Assembly: GCA_051362555.1 (NCBI GenBank)
Contig: CM120647.1
Location: 9,796,001-9,860,000, forward strand
DNA from: Lingula anatina
Lineage: Eukaryota; Animalia; Brachiopoda
Direction: 5' to 3'
Length of the DNA: 64,000 bases
Shown one piece after another: positions 1 through 12,236 of this stretch (its first letter is position 1; every line of letters starts with the position of its first letter). Both the position numbers and the translations under genes were made by a program. Below the pieces are notes generated by a model that searched no databases, was not told the origin of the DNA, and saw nothing but the letters and a program-made list of their open reading frames with translations.

Positions 1-1125
1 ATGTGACCTTGAAATTGACCTTTGACCTACATTTTATCATGAATTGAACTTTGCAAATTTTGGTTCCCTTTTATCTCCAAAACTGGCAGAGATAGGTCCA
101 TAGTTACTATTGAACTTGAATAGGAAGTCATATACTGGCAATCTTACTGTGACCTTGAAATTGACCTTTGACCTACTTTTCATCATGGACTGAACCTTGC
201 AAATTTTGCTTCCCTTTTATCTCCAAAGTTACACTGTATCAAAAAGTACATTTTGGTGGTTAAAGCAAAATGTGCAGTACGGTAATGGATAATAAATTTT
301 GAACTCCACAAAAATAAAACATAAGGCTTGGCAAAGCAGGCAACTTGTGGTCGAAAATGACATTATTTCATCAAATTTGAACATCTGGAACTTCAGAGCA
401 ACTCCCATTTCAAGATTTTTTTTTTTCCAAAATGACCTTTTCTTTATTTTAATTAATTTTTTCCGTAGGAAATTTATGGCACATTATGGTAACTCCAAAA
501 TTATAACATTTAGTCCCTTATATCTCCAAAACTGGCAGAGATAAGTCCATAGTTACTATTGAAGTTGAATAGGAAGTCATATACTGGCAATCTAAATGTG
601 ACCTTGAAATTGACCTTTGACCTACTTTTCACCATGAACTGAACTTTGGAAATTTTGCTTCCCTTTTATCTCCAAAACTAGCAGAGATAGGTCTATAGTT
701 ACTATTGAAGTTGAATAGGAAGTCATATACTGGCAATCTAAATGTGACCTTAAAATTGACCTTTGACCTACTTTTCACCATGAACTGAACTCTGCTAAAT
801 TCTTTCTCTTTTAACTCCAAACCTGGCAGAGATAGGTCCATAGTTACTATTGAAGTTGAATAGGAAGTCATATACTGGCAATCTAAATATGACCTTGAAA
901 TTGACCTTTGACCTACCTTAACTTAACTTTGATTGTACCATTTTAAGTTATATATATTTTTTGCGTATTTTGAAAATTCTTGTTGATTGCATTTTTATAG
1001 CTTGTCAAGCATAAGACTGGTGGCTGTGTCCCTTATTTTGTGTATGTGGGGGGGTCTATACGAATGCGCTTGCTCCAGCTGGTGGTACAATATTCGGAGG
1101 CGGTATCGCCTCTCTGATCCTCTAG
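1..1125 (+). mobile_element. Helentron-associated non-autonomous element (HINE/DINE-like), family 1, 3' part; truncated by window start
   Basis: 146-bp tandem units (ctccaaaactggcagagataggtcc... at 75, 221, 524, 670, ~815). 3' subterminal motif gctggtggtacaata at ~1078-1092, hairpin gaggcg-gtat-cgcctc, terminus CTAG (1122-1125) then TTT. The 3' end is near-identical to the complete copy at 60148-62786. Confidence 0.85.
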
Positions 1126-2813
1126 TTTAAAAGGAGTTAAATAAAGACAAGGATTTCAAGCTGCATAATTTCACATCCATAGGTCTTATGTTATCGAGTA
1201 AAAATATCTCCCTTTAGCAAGGGGTAATTCAATTCAAATAGAAAAAATGTCAAATTACACAGTTGTTTTGCCAATTTATTGCTGTTTTGGTTAAAATATC
1301 TGATTTACATCAAAAGATTCTGCATTCCTTGCTGAACATGTATGTGAACAACCTTTCCCATCCAAACTTCCTGACAAAAAAGTTCAAGTTCAAAGTGTGC
1401 AGTTTACAAACATTAAAACTTCTGGACATTTCAAGTGTAATGTTATTGACAGGCAGTTCCAATTTTCCAGGTCAGCTGGGAAGGGGCAGTTCCAATTCGG
1501 AATTTTCTTCACACCAGCAACCGAGTTGAGAAACCGAGGGATCGGTGCTTAAGAGACAGATCACAGGTGGTCTCAGTGGATAATTCAATCAAATCCATGC
1601 GAATTTCCAATAAATATTCACTCTATTTTGGATAATTACTGCTTAATCTGCTGCAGAAGCCAAGGCCAGTCACACCGTTGGGAGCAAACTGGGTTCACCT
1701 GGCTTGGAGAGTGTTCATATTGTCGGGCTGTGTATCCAGTGTGGAAATACAGAAATGCATTATAAATTGAATCAGAATGCCTCCAGGGCCTTAGAAAACT
1801 AAAGCACATCCTAAGAGATAGATACTGTGAACTTTTCCGCTCTGTTGGGAGATGAAGATGCTGTTGAATTTTTTTTCTTTGTAGCATATTATACTGCCAA
1901 CAGCAAAGAGTAAGTCACTTTTCTTTGAAATATCTCATAGTAAAAGGCAGAGGACAGGCTGCCTTATGCAAAACTTCTGGAGTTTTCTACATGAAGAAAA
2001 ATCACTGGGAATGGCATTCTAGATGAGAACCATGTGTCTACAAATTAGTAGTGAGGCTTCACAGTCAGGATTCTCTATTGCAAAATCAAGCTGAGTCTTT
2101 TAACCAGAGAATACACAATTTTCTTGCACAAACATACCAAGGAGGCAGAGTTATGGACCCAATGTAAGCAAAAAGAAGAAAAAAAAAATAGTAGCAACGA
2201 AAGGATCCTCTGTGTGTATTAATAATGTGAAAACAGCAGGCAGTTATGTGACTGGGAAAAATAAAGCTCAGCATTTAATACACTACACCTGTACCTGAAC
2301 TGTGTATTTGTGAACAACGGCAAGGCTGTATGGAATCTACTTGGATTAACTCGCTTTATCCAAGGATTATTGATAAACAATCTAAGTGATCTTCAGGAAG
2401 ACTTGCCACTGTCCTAGGAGATATATCAGAGAGAGTTTAAAACTGGATTCTTTAAAGCAGCTTTTTAGTGATTGTATGTTAAGTTCTGTGCTACACTCAA
2501 AAATTAATATTGTGACATGACTGGACATGGATTGCGGTAGAGGAGACGACTGTTTGTTTTGATTGTGTTCAGTTGTGATCTGGAGCTCAACTTGCTGCCA
2601 CAGAGGAGATCTTAAAACTTAGAGTGATCTTAAGAGAAAAAGGTGGAAGAATATCTGAAAATATGTGAACATTTGATTATATGAATCAAATCTTATACCA
2701 CAGAGTATATAAAACTCATATTATGGACACAACTTGTACTTCTGATTCAATATTATCATTGTCTAGACTGAGCTGAGTTTGTATTCATAAGAAACTGTCT
2801 CTGATAAACCAAA

Positions 2814-4148
2814 ATGTCTGTCGATATGTTGAATTACACAGCATATGGCGACTTTGTCTCTGAAAAGGAAAGCAACATATCTTTTGGTACAACGATGTGG
2901 GACGAAATTGTTTGGAACAAGACCGAAAATGAAGGCAATTCATCAGCATCTGATACCATCGACATCAACCAGGACCCTACGCTACTCATGGTCCGATTCA
3001 TAGTCTGTGAAATATTTGTGCCGATTGTTGTAACATTCGGCGTCATCGGCAACGTGCTGAACATCATAGTTCTCAGCAGAAAATGGATGAAATCTTCCAC
3101 CAATTACTACCTTTTAGCACTTGCATCATGTGACAGTTTATATCTCATCTTGGCGCTTACAATCACGATGAAAAATTGGCAAGAGTTACCGATAGCTGAC
3201 ATGAGGACATACTGGCGAGCTATGGCCTGGATTCGGCCACTCACAGATATTTTTAGTAATGCCAGTGTATGGCTTACTGTAACATTCACTGTGGAACGCT
3301 ATATAGGAATTAGGCATCCAATGAAAGGAAAGCGATGGTGTACACCTCAGAGGGCCAGATGGATTATATTATGCGTGTTTATATTTGTCACTATCATCAC
3401 ACTGCCGGAATTTTGGGAGTACGAGAAAAACCCAACACGGATATATCAGGGAACAGCTTTACAGGATACTGATGGATACAGCGTATATTACATCTGGTTC
3501 AATCAGATATCGTGCGTGATCCTTCCTCTTAGTTTACTCATCATATTCAACACGTTATTAATACGCTGCGTGTGGAAAGCAAACAAAATGCGGAAGGAGC
3601 TCTCAGGGGGCAGTCAGAGGGAGGAGAAGCAACATTCAGAACAGCAGCGTATAACTGTGATGTTGATAACGGTGGTTATAGTGTTTTTAGTGTGCCAACT
3701 TCCCAGTGCCATTTCATACCTCGTCTCCAGCTTTATAGAAAACACCCCCAGAGTTATACTAAACAGAAAGATATTTGGGAATTTCAGTAACTTGTTAGTG
3801 GAAATTAATGCTGCGTTGAATTTTGTCTTGTACAATTTTTTTAGTGCCCGTTTCAGAAAAACTGTGAAGCGGATGTTCTGTATGTTGAAAAAGCCGCAGC
3901 GGGAGGAGTCCATGTTTCTTACAGACTCGAATAATAAGAAACACCGCACTGAGGCAGGGAGGACGGGTGCCACGTATATTGCACGTTCGAGATCGAAGAC
4001 GCCTAGCCCAACAAGGGGGCCATATCGTAATGGAAAGAATGGACATACGCACGTTAATAAAAATAATAATGGCTACCTGCCTGTCAACAGGTGTGAAGTG
4101 CCACCTGGTGAGCGAGAGATTGTAGGAAATTACCTCACTGTGGTATAG
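2814..4148 (+). CDS. Class A (rhodopsin-like) neuropeptide GPCR, FMRFamide/myosuppressin/sex-peptide-receptor-like, single coding exon, 444 aa
   Basis: Seven hydrophobic segments. GNxxN in TM1, LAxxD in TM2 (LASCD), ERY in TM3, CQLP in TM6, NFVLY in TM7 followed by S-x-x-FR. N-terminal N-glycosylation sequons. The exact ligand cannot be assigned. Confidence 0.93.
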   Translation: MSVDMLNYTAYGDFVSEKESNISFGTTMWDEIVWNKTENEGNSSASDTIDINQDPTLLMVRFIVCEIFVPIVVTFGVIGNVLNIIVLSRKWMKSSTNYYLLALASCDSLYLILALTITMKNWQELPIADMRTYWRAMAWIRPLTDIFSNASVWLTVTFTVERYIGIRHPMKGKRWCTPQRARWIILCVFIFVTIITLPEFWEYEKNPTRIYQGTALQDTDGYSVYYIWFNQISCVILPLSLLIIFNTLLIRCVWKANKMRKELSGGSQREEKQHSEQQRITVMLITVVIVFLVCQLPSAISYLVSSFIENTPRVILNRKIFGNFSNLLVEINAALNFVLYNFFSARFRKTVKRMFCMLKKPQREESMFLTDSNNKKHRTEAGRTGATYIARSRSKTPSPTRGPYRNGKNGHTHVNKNNNGYLPVNRCEVPPGEREIVGNYLTVV

Positions 4149-4716
4149 CAAATAGACCAACATATCTGTTATCTTGCTTATTTCCTGTTTGTGATTTTTT
4201 TCATTTTTGCATTAGTGTAAAAACCTGTTGAAGTTTGGCTTCATATCTAATATTTAGTACAACAGTGGTACTTTAAAGGTCTTTTTTGGTGATAATACAA
4301 TTTGTGTCTCAGTTGCTTTGAAGATGTACCAAATCATTCAAATATGTCTCCATTTATGATCTCCCAGGATGTATAATTGTTACAATTATACATTCAGTAT
4401 ATATCTAAGGCCATTTTCACATAGAGAACTACAGTTTTCTGCTTCACTCCAGTTTGAGGTTCTTCTCTTTTTGAGGGCACTCGGAACAAGTTGATCTGAA
4501 AACTAACAGATACGGGGATCAAATATGGTCAACCCACATAAAAGCATATCCAACTAATCCACTAATGGTCTTCTTGCCTCTGTACACGCCATCAAACATA
4601 TTAATTCATGGCTTCGAGGGTTAATTGCTAGATGTCACATGTTGGGGCGGGGAGACCATCAGATTAGTTCATTTTGCTTTAATATGTTTTGGCCATATTT
4701 ATTCATGGATCTGTTA

Positions 4717-4931
4717 CACCCCATTTCCAGAGATTAGATCGACCTACTTTAGATCGACCTAACTCCCTGGGGGTTCACGCTAAATAGCTGTCAGCCGGGC
4801 GGACACGAAAGTTAATTATCCCCTTACAGCTTGTAGTAGGCGGGACGGACATTTAAGTCGGATTATCTGAAAGTAATCTAGTGAGACTCCCCGCGGGGAT
4901 AGATCGATCTAAAATCTATGGGAATAGAGCC
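4717..4931. mobile_element. PIF/Harbinger-like MITE (family B)
   Basis: Imperfect TIRs (caccccatttcca ... tgggaatagagcc) flanked by TTA/TTA. Related copies at 30877-31091 and 55325-55539, degenerate ones near 7345-7515 and 43550-43800. Confidence 0.7.
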
Positions 4932-5009
4932 TTAGTCCGCAGATGTTGTTCTGAATGCTCTCTTTCACATGCAATCTACCAGTGTACCAATGAAAAGTAA
5001 TTTGATTAA

Positions 5010-5424
5010 AGCCTAGGTCCCAACCCCAACGTATGGGCCGCTACAGGGGCGGATCCAGAATTATTTTCAGACAGTCTTCCAATTTATCTTTGTTGATCCA
5101 TCCTCCATTTTTGACCGTCTTCCGACAGAAAAAAATTGGATACCCGTCAATGTAAACTTGAAAATCTGACCGTCTTCCGGAAGACCCAGAAGACGGCATA
5201 AATCCGCCCCTGTGCTATGTGTGGTCTACGGCCAAAAAAATGGGGAAAACGTGAGAGTTCGTATGTGAGGAGCACATCCATCGTACGACTTTTGGAGGAC
5301 GCAAACAGCACGTAGAAATTTTTCACCAATTACTTGATTCCTTCCCTGCGATCTAGCTACATTCTAGCCGGATGCAAGGAACCTAAAAAAAACGTGCGTC
5401 CAAAACATAGTTGGGACCTAGGCT
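5010..5424. mobile_element. TTAA-target MITE (Kolobok-like termini) containing a nested family A MITE
   Basis: TIR agcctaggtcccaac ... gttgggacctaggct flanked by TTAA on both sides (5006-5009, 5425-5428). Confidence 0.7.
5044..5212. mobile_element. MITE family A (CAGGGGCGGAT termini)
   Basis: TIR caggggcggat ... atccgcccctg. Similar copies at 15988-16184, 16686-17010, 57282-57449 and a degenerate one at ~38970-39100. Confidence 0.8.
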
Positions 5425-8400
5425 TTAACCGGGCTTTAGGCTGAATCAAGGGGCTCCATTCAGTTGACTCTCAAATGTAGCTTTTTAACTTGTTTTAAAC
5501 TCTCTCAAACTGGTGTGAAAAAGAAAAGTGCACTTATGGCTGTGAAAACCACCTTAGCTTGCAGGCCAGACGCAATTTTGATACATTGGTTAACTTGAAA
5601 GCATATAAGAAATATGTGACGTAAGCAAATATTGTTAACGTGGCTTTTAAGTTTTTTCAGTAGAAACAATTATGAAATTTCTTTTGCCTAATTCTTTTGC
5701 AGACTTGCTTGCTGTGCATTTGCTTAAAATCATTTAGTAACACTGATACAAAGGACACTTTAAAAAATCCTATGGCATCATTTTTGATTTCAGTGGTGTA
5801 TACTCGTTTGGGACTTTTTCACCAGTTTTTTTATCTGGGACCAATTAATCAACGATATTATTATGAGAGAAAAAGCAGACACTAAAACCACTTCAATTTT
5901 GCAAATATCAAGACAAAATTTGCAATGATAAATATGTGTATTGTGCCAGTACATTAATCTATTGTCAGTACAGATATCAATTGAATTGATAAACATTTTC
6001 CAGGCCCATAGTAGGGGGGGGGGGGTTCATGGGGTTGAAAAGAACACCTTTTTTGTTGGGAAAAGGTCCCATCTGGGTAAAATTTTATTTAGGTACATGA
6101 AGGTTTCATAGTTACAGTAGAAGGTCCACTTTTTCAGAAAAAGACCCCCCCTTTCTAAAATTCCAGGCTACAGCCTTGATTTCTATGAATTTTACAACCT
6201 GAATATTTCTACAGTTGGCAGAAATAATGGTTTCCACTGCCCTTTAGACATTTAGAAGATAGTGTAGATGATGTGTTAGATAAAAGGGATTTTGTCATGA
6301 AAAGGATGGGATTTCCTGTAGTATCTTTGTGATATTTTATACTGTACATTCTAATTCAATGAAATATTCGATGCGGTGGAAGTGTTTCCCTCTCAAAATA
6401 AAGATACGCCGCTGATAAAAATGTGGACTCTAACCAAAGTATCCAGAAACATGCTGATTTTTTCTTTTTTTATTGAGGATGATTTATAAAAAATAAACTA
6501 ATGAACTGATATTTTTCATCTTGTACATAAACCAGTTTGTTAGCGGAAAATCACCAGCTACTCTTCAAGTTAATATGACGAATGTTTTAGGATATGCAAT
6601 ATCCAATTTCATCTACTTAAATTTTAGTTATTTTAATGCTTTTAGAGAATGTTTTCTTTTACTCCTATATGTGCCAATACCAGAACTACAGCAGCATATC
6701 ATTAATAAAATGCATTAAATGCAATTAACAAGGCAAGCTTCAGCTTACCATGAATATACTTTGTGTTATACTACACTTAACACGTGTCAGTTCTTAGTTA
6801 ATGGAATAATTTCTGCTAGCTCTTCTGCTAGCACAAATCTTCACCATTTTAAATCATACCGATTCTATTATCTGTAAAGACTCTTTATAGTTACCATAGC
6901 ATATAATTTTAACTGATGGTCAGTTCCTTCACTTCAACAGTTCTAGAACAAGTACAAACAACATATATTGCTTTACAAATATCATATATTGTGTTTGAGA
7001 ACTGATTTTTTTGGCAAAATGATGGTTGATTATGGCAAATAAATACTGTGGAAGAAAGAAGGGCAGAGAATGTTCATAAAAAAGAAAAACCCTACCACTT
7101 CTGTAACTTAACTGATATTTCTCGGATAAGTTTCTTTATATTTTAATATAAAAAGAGTTGAGTCTTTGAAAATATATAATAGTTTCAAAAAAACCTTCCT
7201 GCCACAGACCTACTACAACTTACAGCACAGCCTCCAAATAATTGGTAGAACTTAAAAACTTTTTTGAGTTTAACCCTTTATTACTCTGGGTTTACGTCAG
7301 CTTGGAGAACAAATTTTTGGCCTACTCTAATTACACATAGACTGGGTTCCCATACTTGGATTGATCCATCTAGACCGACCTAACTCAAGAGGCTTAAATG
7401 TCTGTCACGCCTACCGAATCAGCTAGGGGTAAAGATAATTAAGGATAGTTTGAAAGCAATTTAGTGAGACTCCCCAGGGAGATAGATCGATCCAAATATC
7501 TGTGGGAATGGTCCCAAAGAGTGGACCATAATTCTTTCTCTAAGCTGCCTTAAGCCCTTTGTTACAGGGCATTAGCTTTAATTCAAGATTGAAGAAAACC
7601 TGCATTTTTCTTCTTTTAAAACCTAAATTTTAAGAATTTAAAGAGCTTTTGTGAAGCCTGCCTATGTCTGTTGCTTCGAATTGGAAAATGAACTTTTAAT
7701 TGAATTGAAATGAAGGAAATGGCCGTGTTTTTCTATATGGTGATGTAATTCAAAGAAAAGAAGAGCTAAAATCATGTCACATCGTCTTTATAATCTTACC
7801 CATAAAGTATTATGTGAATCTTAAGATATAAATTATATATTATATCATTATGTCGCAGCAAAAATGGTTGAAATGTTGGTAAGTAGCTGCAAATACATTT
7901 GTGAAAAAATAAGTATTATGTAATATGAATAATGTAAATTTTGGCCAAGACTTAATATGGCCTAATTGTACATACGAAGAATAAAAGTTTGTGATCAAGT
8001 AAGAGCATGACTGAGTGAAGTTCTTATAATTTCTTTAATATATAATCTTTGGCACTTTTCTTTGTCTTCAGAAATATTATTACATCTCTTGGGTACTAAG
8101 GCCTGGAGTTTGTTGAAGACTAAATTTGGCCAGCCAACTGCTTATGGCCAATTTCGCCTCTGACGAACGAAAGACCCATTGCAAAGGTCTGCATTTTTAT
8201 CTACTCGTTCACATATTTGTGTTTCAAAAGCAGGATTCTTACTCAATTATTGGCTTAAGCCCAGGTGGCTGAAAATCAGTCACCTTAAAGCCTTAAAGTC
8301 ATCTTAAATAGCCACATTTGTCAGAGATCATTCTACAATCAACAAACCCAGTATAAAAGTACAAAACATTCCGTCCACTCCCTGATGTCCCATTTTACAT

Positions 8401-8427
8401 CGTCTTGGCCCAATTGGTCACCTCTAG

Positions 8428-10939
8428 TCACGCCTGGTGGACCTTGTGTTTGGTCTTCCACTGTCTGACCAGTCTCAGGACAGGGTCCACTACGGCCAGA
8501 TGGGCAGTGTACAGCTTCTTGTGGTCAGCGCCATTGATCACTATATGTTTACAGCCAGGATGAAGGCGGGAGATTAAGTTTTCTTGTGACTTGGCCCAGG
8601 CCTGAAAATTCGAAATTAATTGCTAAGAGGAAGTCTCAAAACTAACTTTCAAAATTATTAGGTGTGTATCAGTTTATATACTAAGTTAGAAGTAATGTAA
8701 TAAGTCCTTTTTAATATAAATGCCTTGTTATGTAAAACTTTTTTTCTTCAATTTTGCCAAAATTCACTAAATGAGATGTTACGGTAGTAATTTATTTGCA
8801 TTATCAGTATAATTTAGTATATAATAATAACTTTTGTCAGCATCTACATTGACAGTTCTTAAAATGTGTATCTGAAGTTAGAATCACTTGTTATGTATTA
8901 CTTGATTGACAATAATTACTCATAATATCAACAAAATTATAATTTAGCATAATAATAATTTATATAATTCCAATACCTTATTTAATGAACTTGGAAGTTG
9001 TTCATCGTAATAATTTCCAGTGATCACTGTCACAGAGACATTCTGGGGGAAAGGCTTTAGTAAATACAGGGTTTTGATCTGGGAAAAGGTGTCATTGATG
9101 AAGAAATGTTCGTCAACTACAGAGCTTAGGTGACGTGGATGACAAAGGACATATTTCTGAAAAAAATTGTTTTGATGCACATTTATATAATTTTTTTATG
9201 ATCTAAAAAAATGTGATACTTGTAAATGCTGCTCGCTAATGAACATTTTGCCATAACAATCAAAAGAACACTAATCAAAAAAATTTAAATAGTGAATACC
9301 AATATTCGAAGGACTATTAAAAAACACATTAAGACTGGAGCTCCTAAAACATTTTTCTACTAATAGTAATACCAATTTTCTTCAGTTAGGATTTCAATTC
9401 ATAATTTTTGATGTTGTTGGTTTGGTAGTTCAGATCTTATTTATCATATCAATGATAACAAAATTATATTCGAAAATTCATGGCATTGTTGATCAAAATC
9501 ATACACTAAGCCAGTAATATTTAAGCTGAAATTATGCCCCAAAATGTATGTTTCAATGGCGACATCTTTCTACCTGTCTCTTCACCACCTCCTCTGACAC
9601 AAGCTGGCTGTTAATTGGCTGTTCCATGTAGCCAGTCAGAAGAGCCAGTCTTGTCAAGCCCATGGCTGCTGTCAGCTGTAAGCTCTGGTATGAAGGAATA
9701 AGTTGTCCAAACCTAAAAAGAACAACACACGCACACGCAAGTTATTCAAAATGAGAATTGACAGGAACCAAAACACAACATCATAAGGATGATGTCTTCT
9801 TTTTATTAGTAAACTCATTTATTAGTGCACCAGAGACACATTCATTACTGCAAACTTAAAAAAATAATAATAATAAATAAATAAAAAATAAATTTAAAAA
9901 TCAACATGCATATTAAATAAATTAAAATCAATACCTTTTGTTTTCAAAATTAATGTATTTTTGTTGTAATCTATCTTCTGCAAGTCTAACACCAAGAAGA
10001 CTGCCAGGTTACTGCCTACAGAAAAAGCCTCCTCCAGCTACTACTGCTAACTACTTATAATTTAACATAGTAAAGGTGTCTGGGCTGGTAATTAAAGGGT
10101 GGTCAACAGTGCGTGTGTCCAGCTCCAAGCACTGCCCACTGGTCATAAAAACACCACTCCAGCCACTACTTACCAGAACTGTGCCCAGACACCCTCATCT
10201 TGCTGGAATAAATCCTCCACCAGGGGGTCCACCAGAACAACATGGGCTACCTCACTGAAATGATCAAATAAATCGAAAATATACTTGTAACCAGTGTTAG
10301 AAATTAACGCTGGATCATCTGCCCGGGGCCGACAACTTTCAGAACGGGCTGAGAAGTTTTCCCACCCGGCAGACATTCGAGCTAGCTACCTTTTGAGATG
10401 GCTGAACTTTTGGTCCAGCAACTAATTTTCCTAAGAGGCAAACACTGCTTGTAACTGGAAATACTGAAGCTGAAGCACATTTTTGGAGACAAAATATGTG
10501 GATATGTTGTCAGAATATGGCAAAAGGGAGGGGGGGGGGGTAAAATGAAACGGTAATGTTTTGCTGGGCAATCACGATTTTTCATCAGTGTTTTTGCATG
10601 CCTGGTGCAACTTTGTGACTATAAAAAGCTATCCATCCGCTATAGTAATTCAGAAAGAAAAAAAGAAAGGAAAGAAGGAAAGATGAAAAGAAGGAAGGAA
10701 GGAAGAGAAAGAAGGAAGAAAAAAATAAGGTTCAGATAAAAGCCACTCACTTTTCATATAACTGTGTATAACCCCTGGCTATAAGACCCCCCAGCTCTGA
10801 CCCCACCAAAATGAGGGGCTTTGGCTGTTGACTGGCCAGTGATAACAATCTATGGAGATCATCTATCATTCTAGAAAAGTAATAAAACATTTTACAAATA
10901 TGGGTATAAATATATACAGTAAACTGCATAACTTGTCCA

Positions 10940-10974
<35 letters not shown>

Positions 10975-12196
10975 ATTTTTTCTAAAGTTTAGATAAATGC
11001 CACATACTTCTTATATAACATTCAAAAGAAAGAAAAGTTATTTTGTTAAATAGTACAACCGTACAATCAGAATATAGTTGACTCTTCATGACCCATTGCC
11101 ACATAACTCAAATTAACTACTAATTTGAATAAATGATAAGGAACACTCTTTGATATTTATTGAAATTAATATGATCAACTTTACGTGACTAGAACAAATT
11201 TTACACTTAAAATTAGTTTTAGTGAAGTTGTTTTTTTTCTGGAAGATTTGAATCCTTACAAACATAACATATAAAGTTATCATATCTGAATAAAAAAGGT
11301 AAAACTGAAAACTTTGGAAAAAAGTTTTAAATTTTTCTTTAAATTTTGTACTGTAAATAATGCCCTGTTCACACTAATGAGACAAATTTACATTAAGATC
11401 TCCAAGCTAACAGTCAGATTAACAACCAATATGCATAAAATATTAAAATTTCAGAGAATTTTTCAAAGATGGAAGAGCCACCTTTCCAGAGTGAATTCCT
11501 GCCACCTGTCTCTTAAGTTCTTTTGATCATCTGCTTTGTCTCCTTCCTCTTTACTGTAATTCTGAAAGAGGAATATCAAACTGGAATTAAATGAAATTAC
11601 AACCATTTAAAGCATTAAGTTTTTTCTTTGTTTTTAAATTTCAATTTTAAAGTTTGAAGTAATAAATAAAATAAACTCACTTTATATGGCCTGTCACTAT
11701 ATCCTAAACCTGCTCTGTCATATACACAAACCTGGAAACAAAAACAAAAAAACAGATTTACATTTAAATCTTGATCTAAGAAAACTTGATTATTACCATC
11801 ATTAACTCTACCAGTATATTGCTTATGACAAAACATATATGTATTTGCACAAACACATATACAAGCACTTTTAAATATGAACACTCAAAGGATTCCAGCC
11901 TATTTCTAATGTACCCTCTACAAGGTCCACTGATTGATTTTTCACTAATATTCACAGATCATAAATGTCTCTGACTAAATATGGTCAATTTGCTAACTCT
12001 GGCTGGTGGAAAATGTGCCTATAATATCTGCAGCCCTGGTAGAGGGTATTTCTACTGTAACTTTTAAAAAATAACTACACATGAACCAGTACTCTGTATT
12101 ATCTGTGTGATCTTACTCTTGTTTCCTTGGCAATGAGAGGCAGTACCAAACTCCAAACATCTGAGGTCATCCCAGTGGGGGCATCTAGGATCACTG

Positions 12197-12236
<40 letters not shown>

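Noticed and set aside
299-871. ORFs of 80-130 aa in the 146-bp arrays (also 61548-61853, 62285-62677)
   Set aside because: Translations of tandem repeat units with no domain features.
1471-1909. Possible non-coding GPCR 5' exon (ttttccag at 1470, gtaagt at ~1910)
   Set aside because: Splice-like motifs alone are insufficient, with no frame constraint to test them.
2834-4163. Antisense and alternate-frame ORFs overlapping the GPCR
   Set aside because: Shadow ORFs of a real coding sequence.
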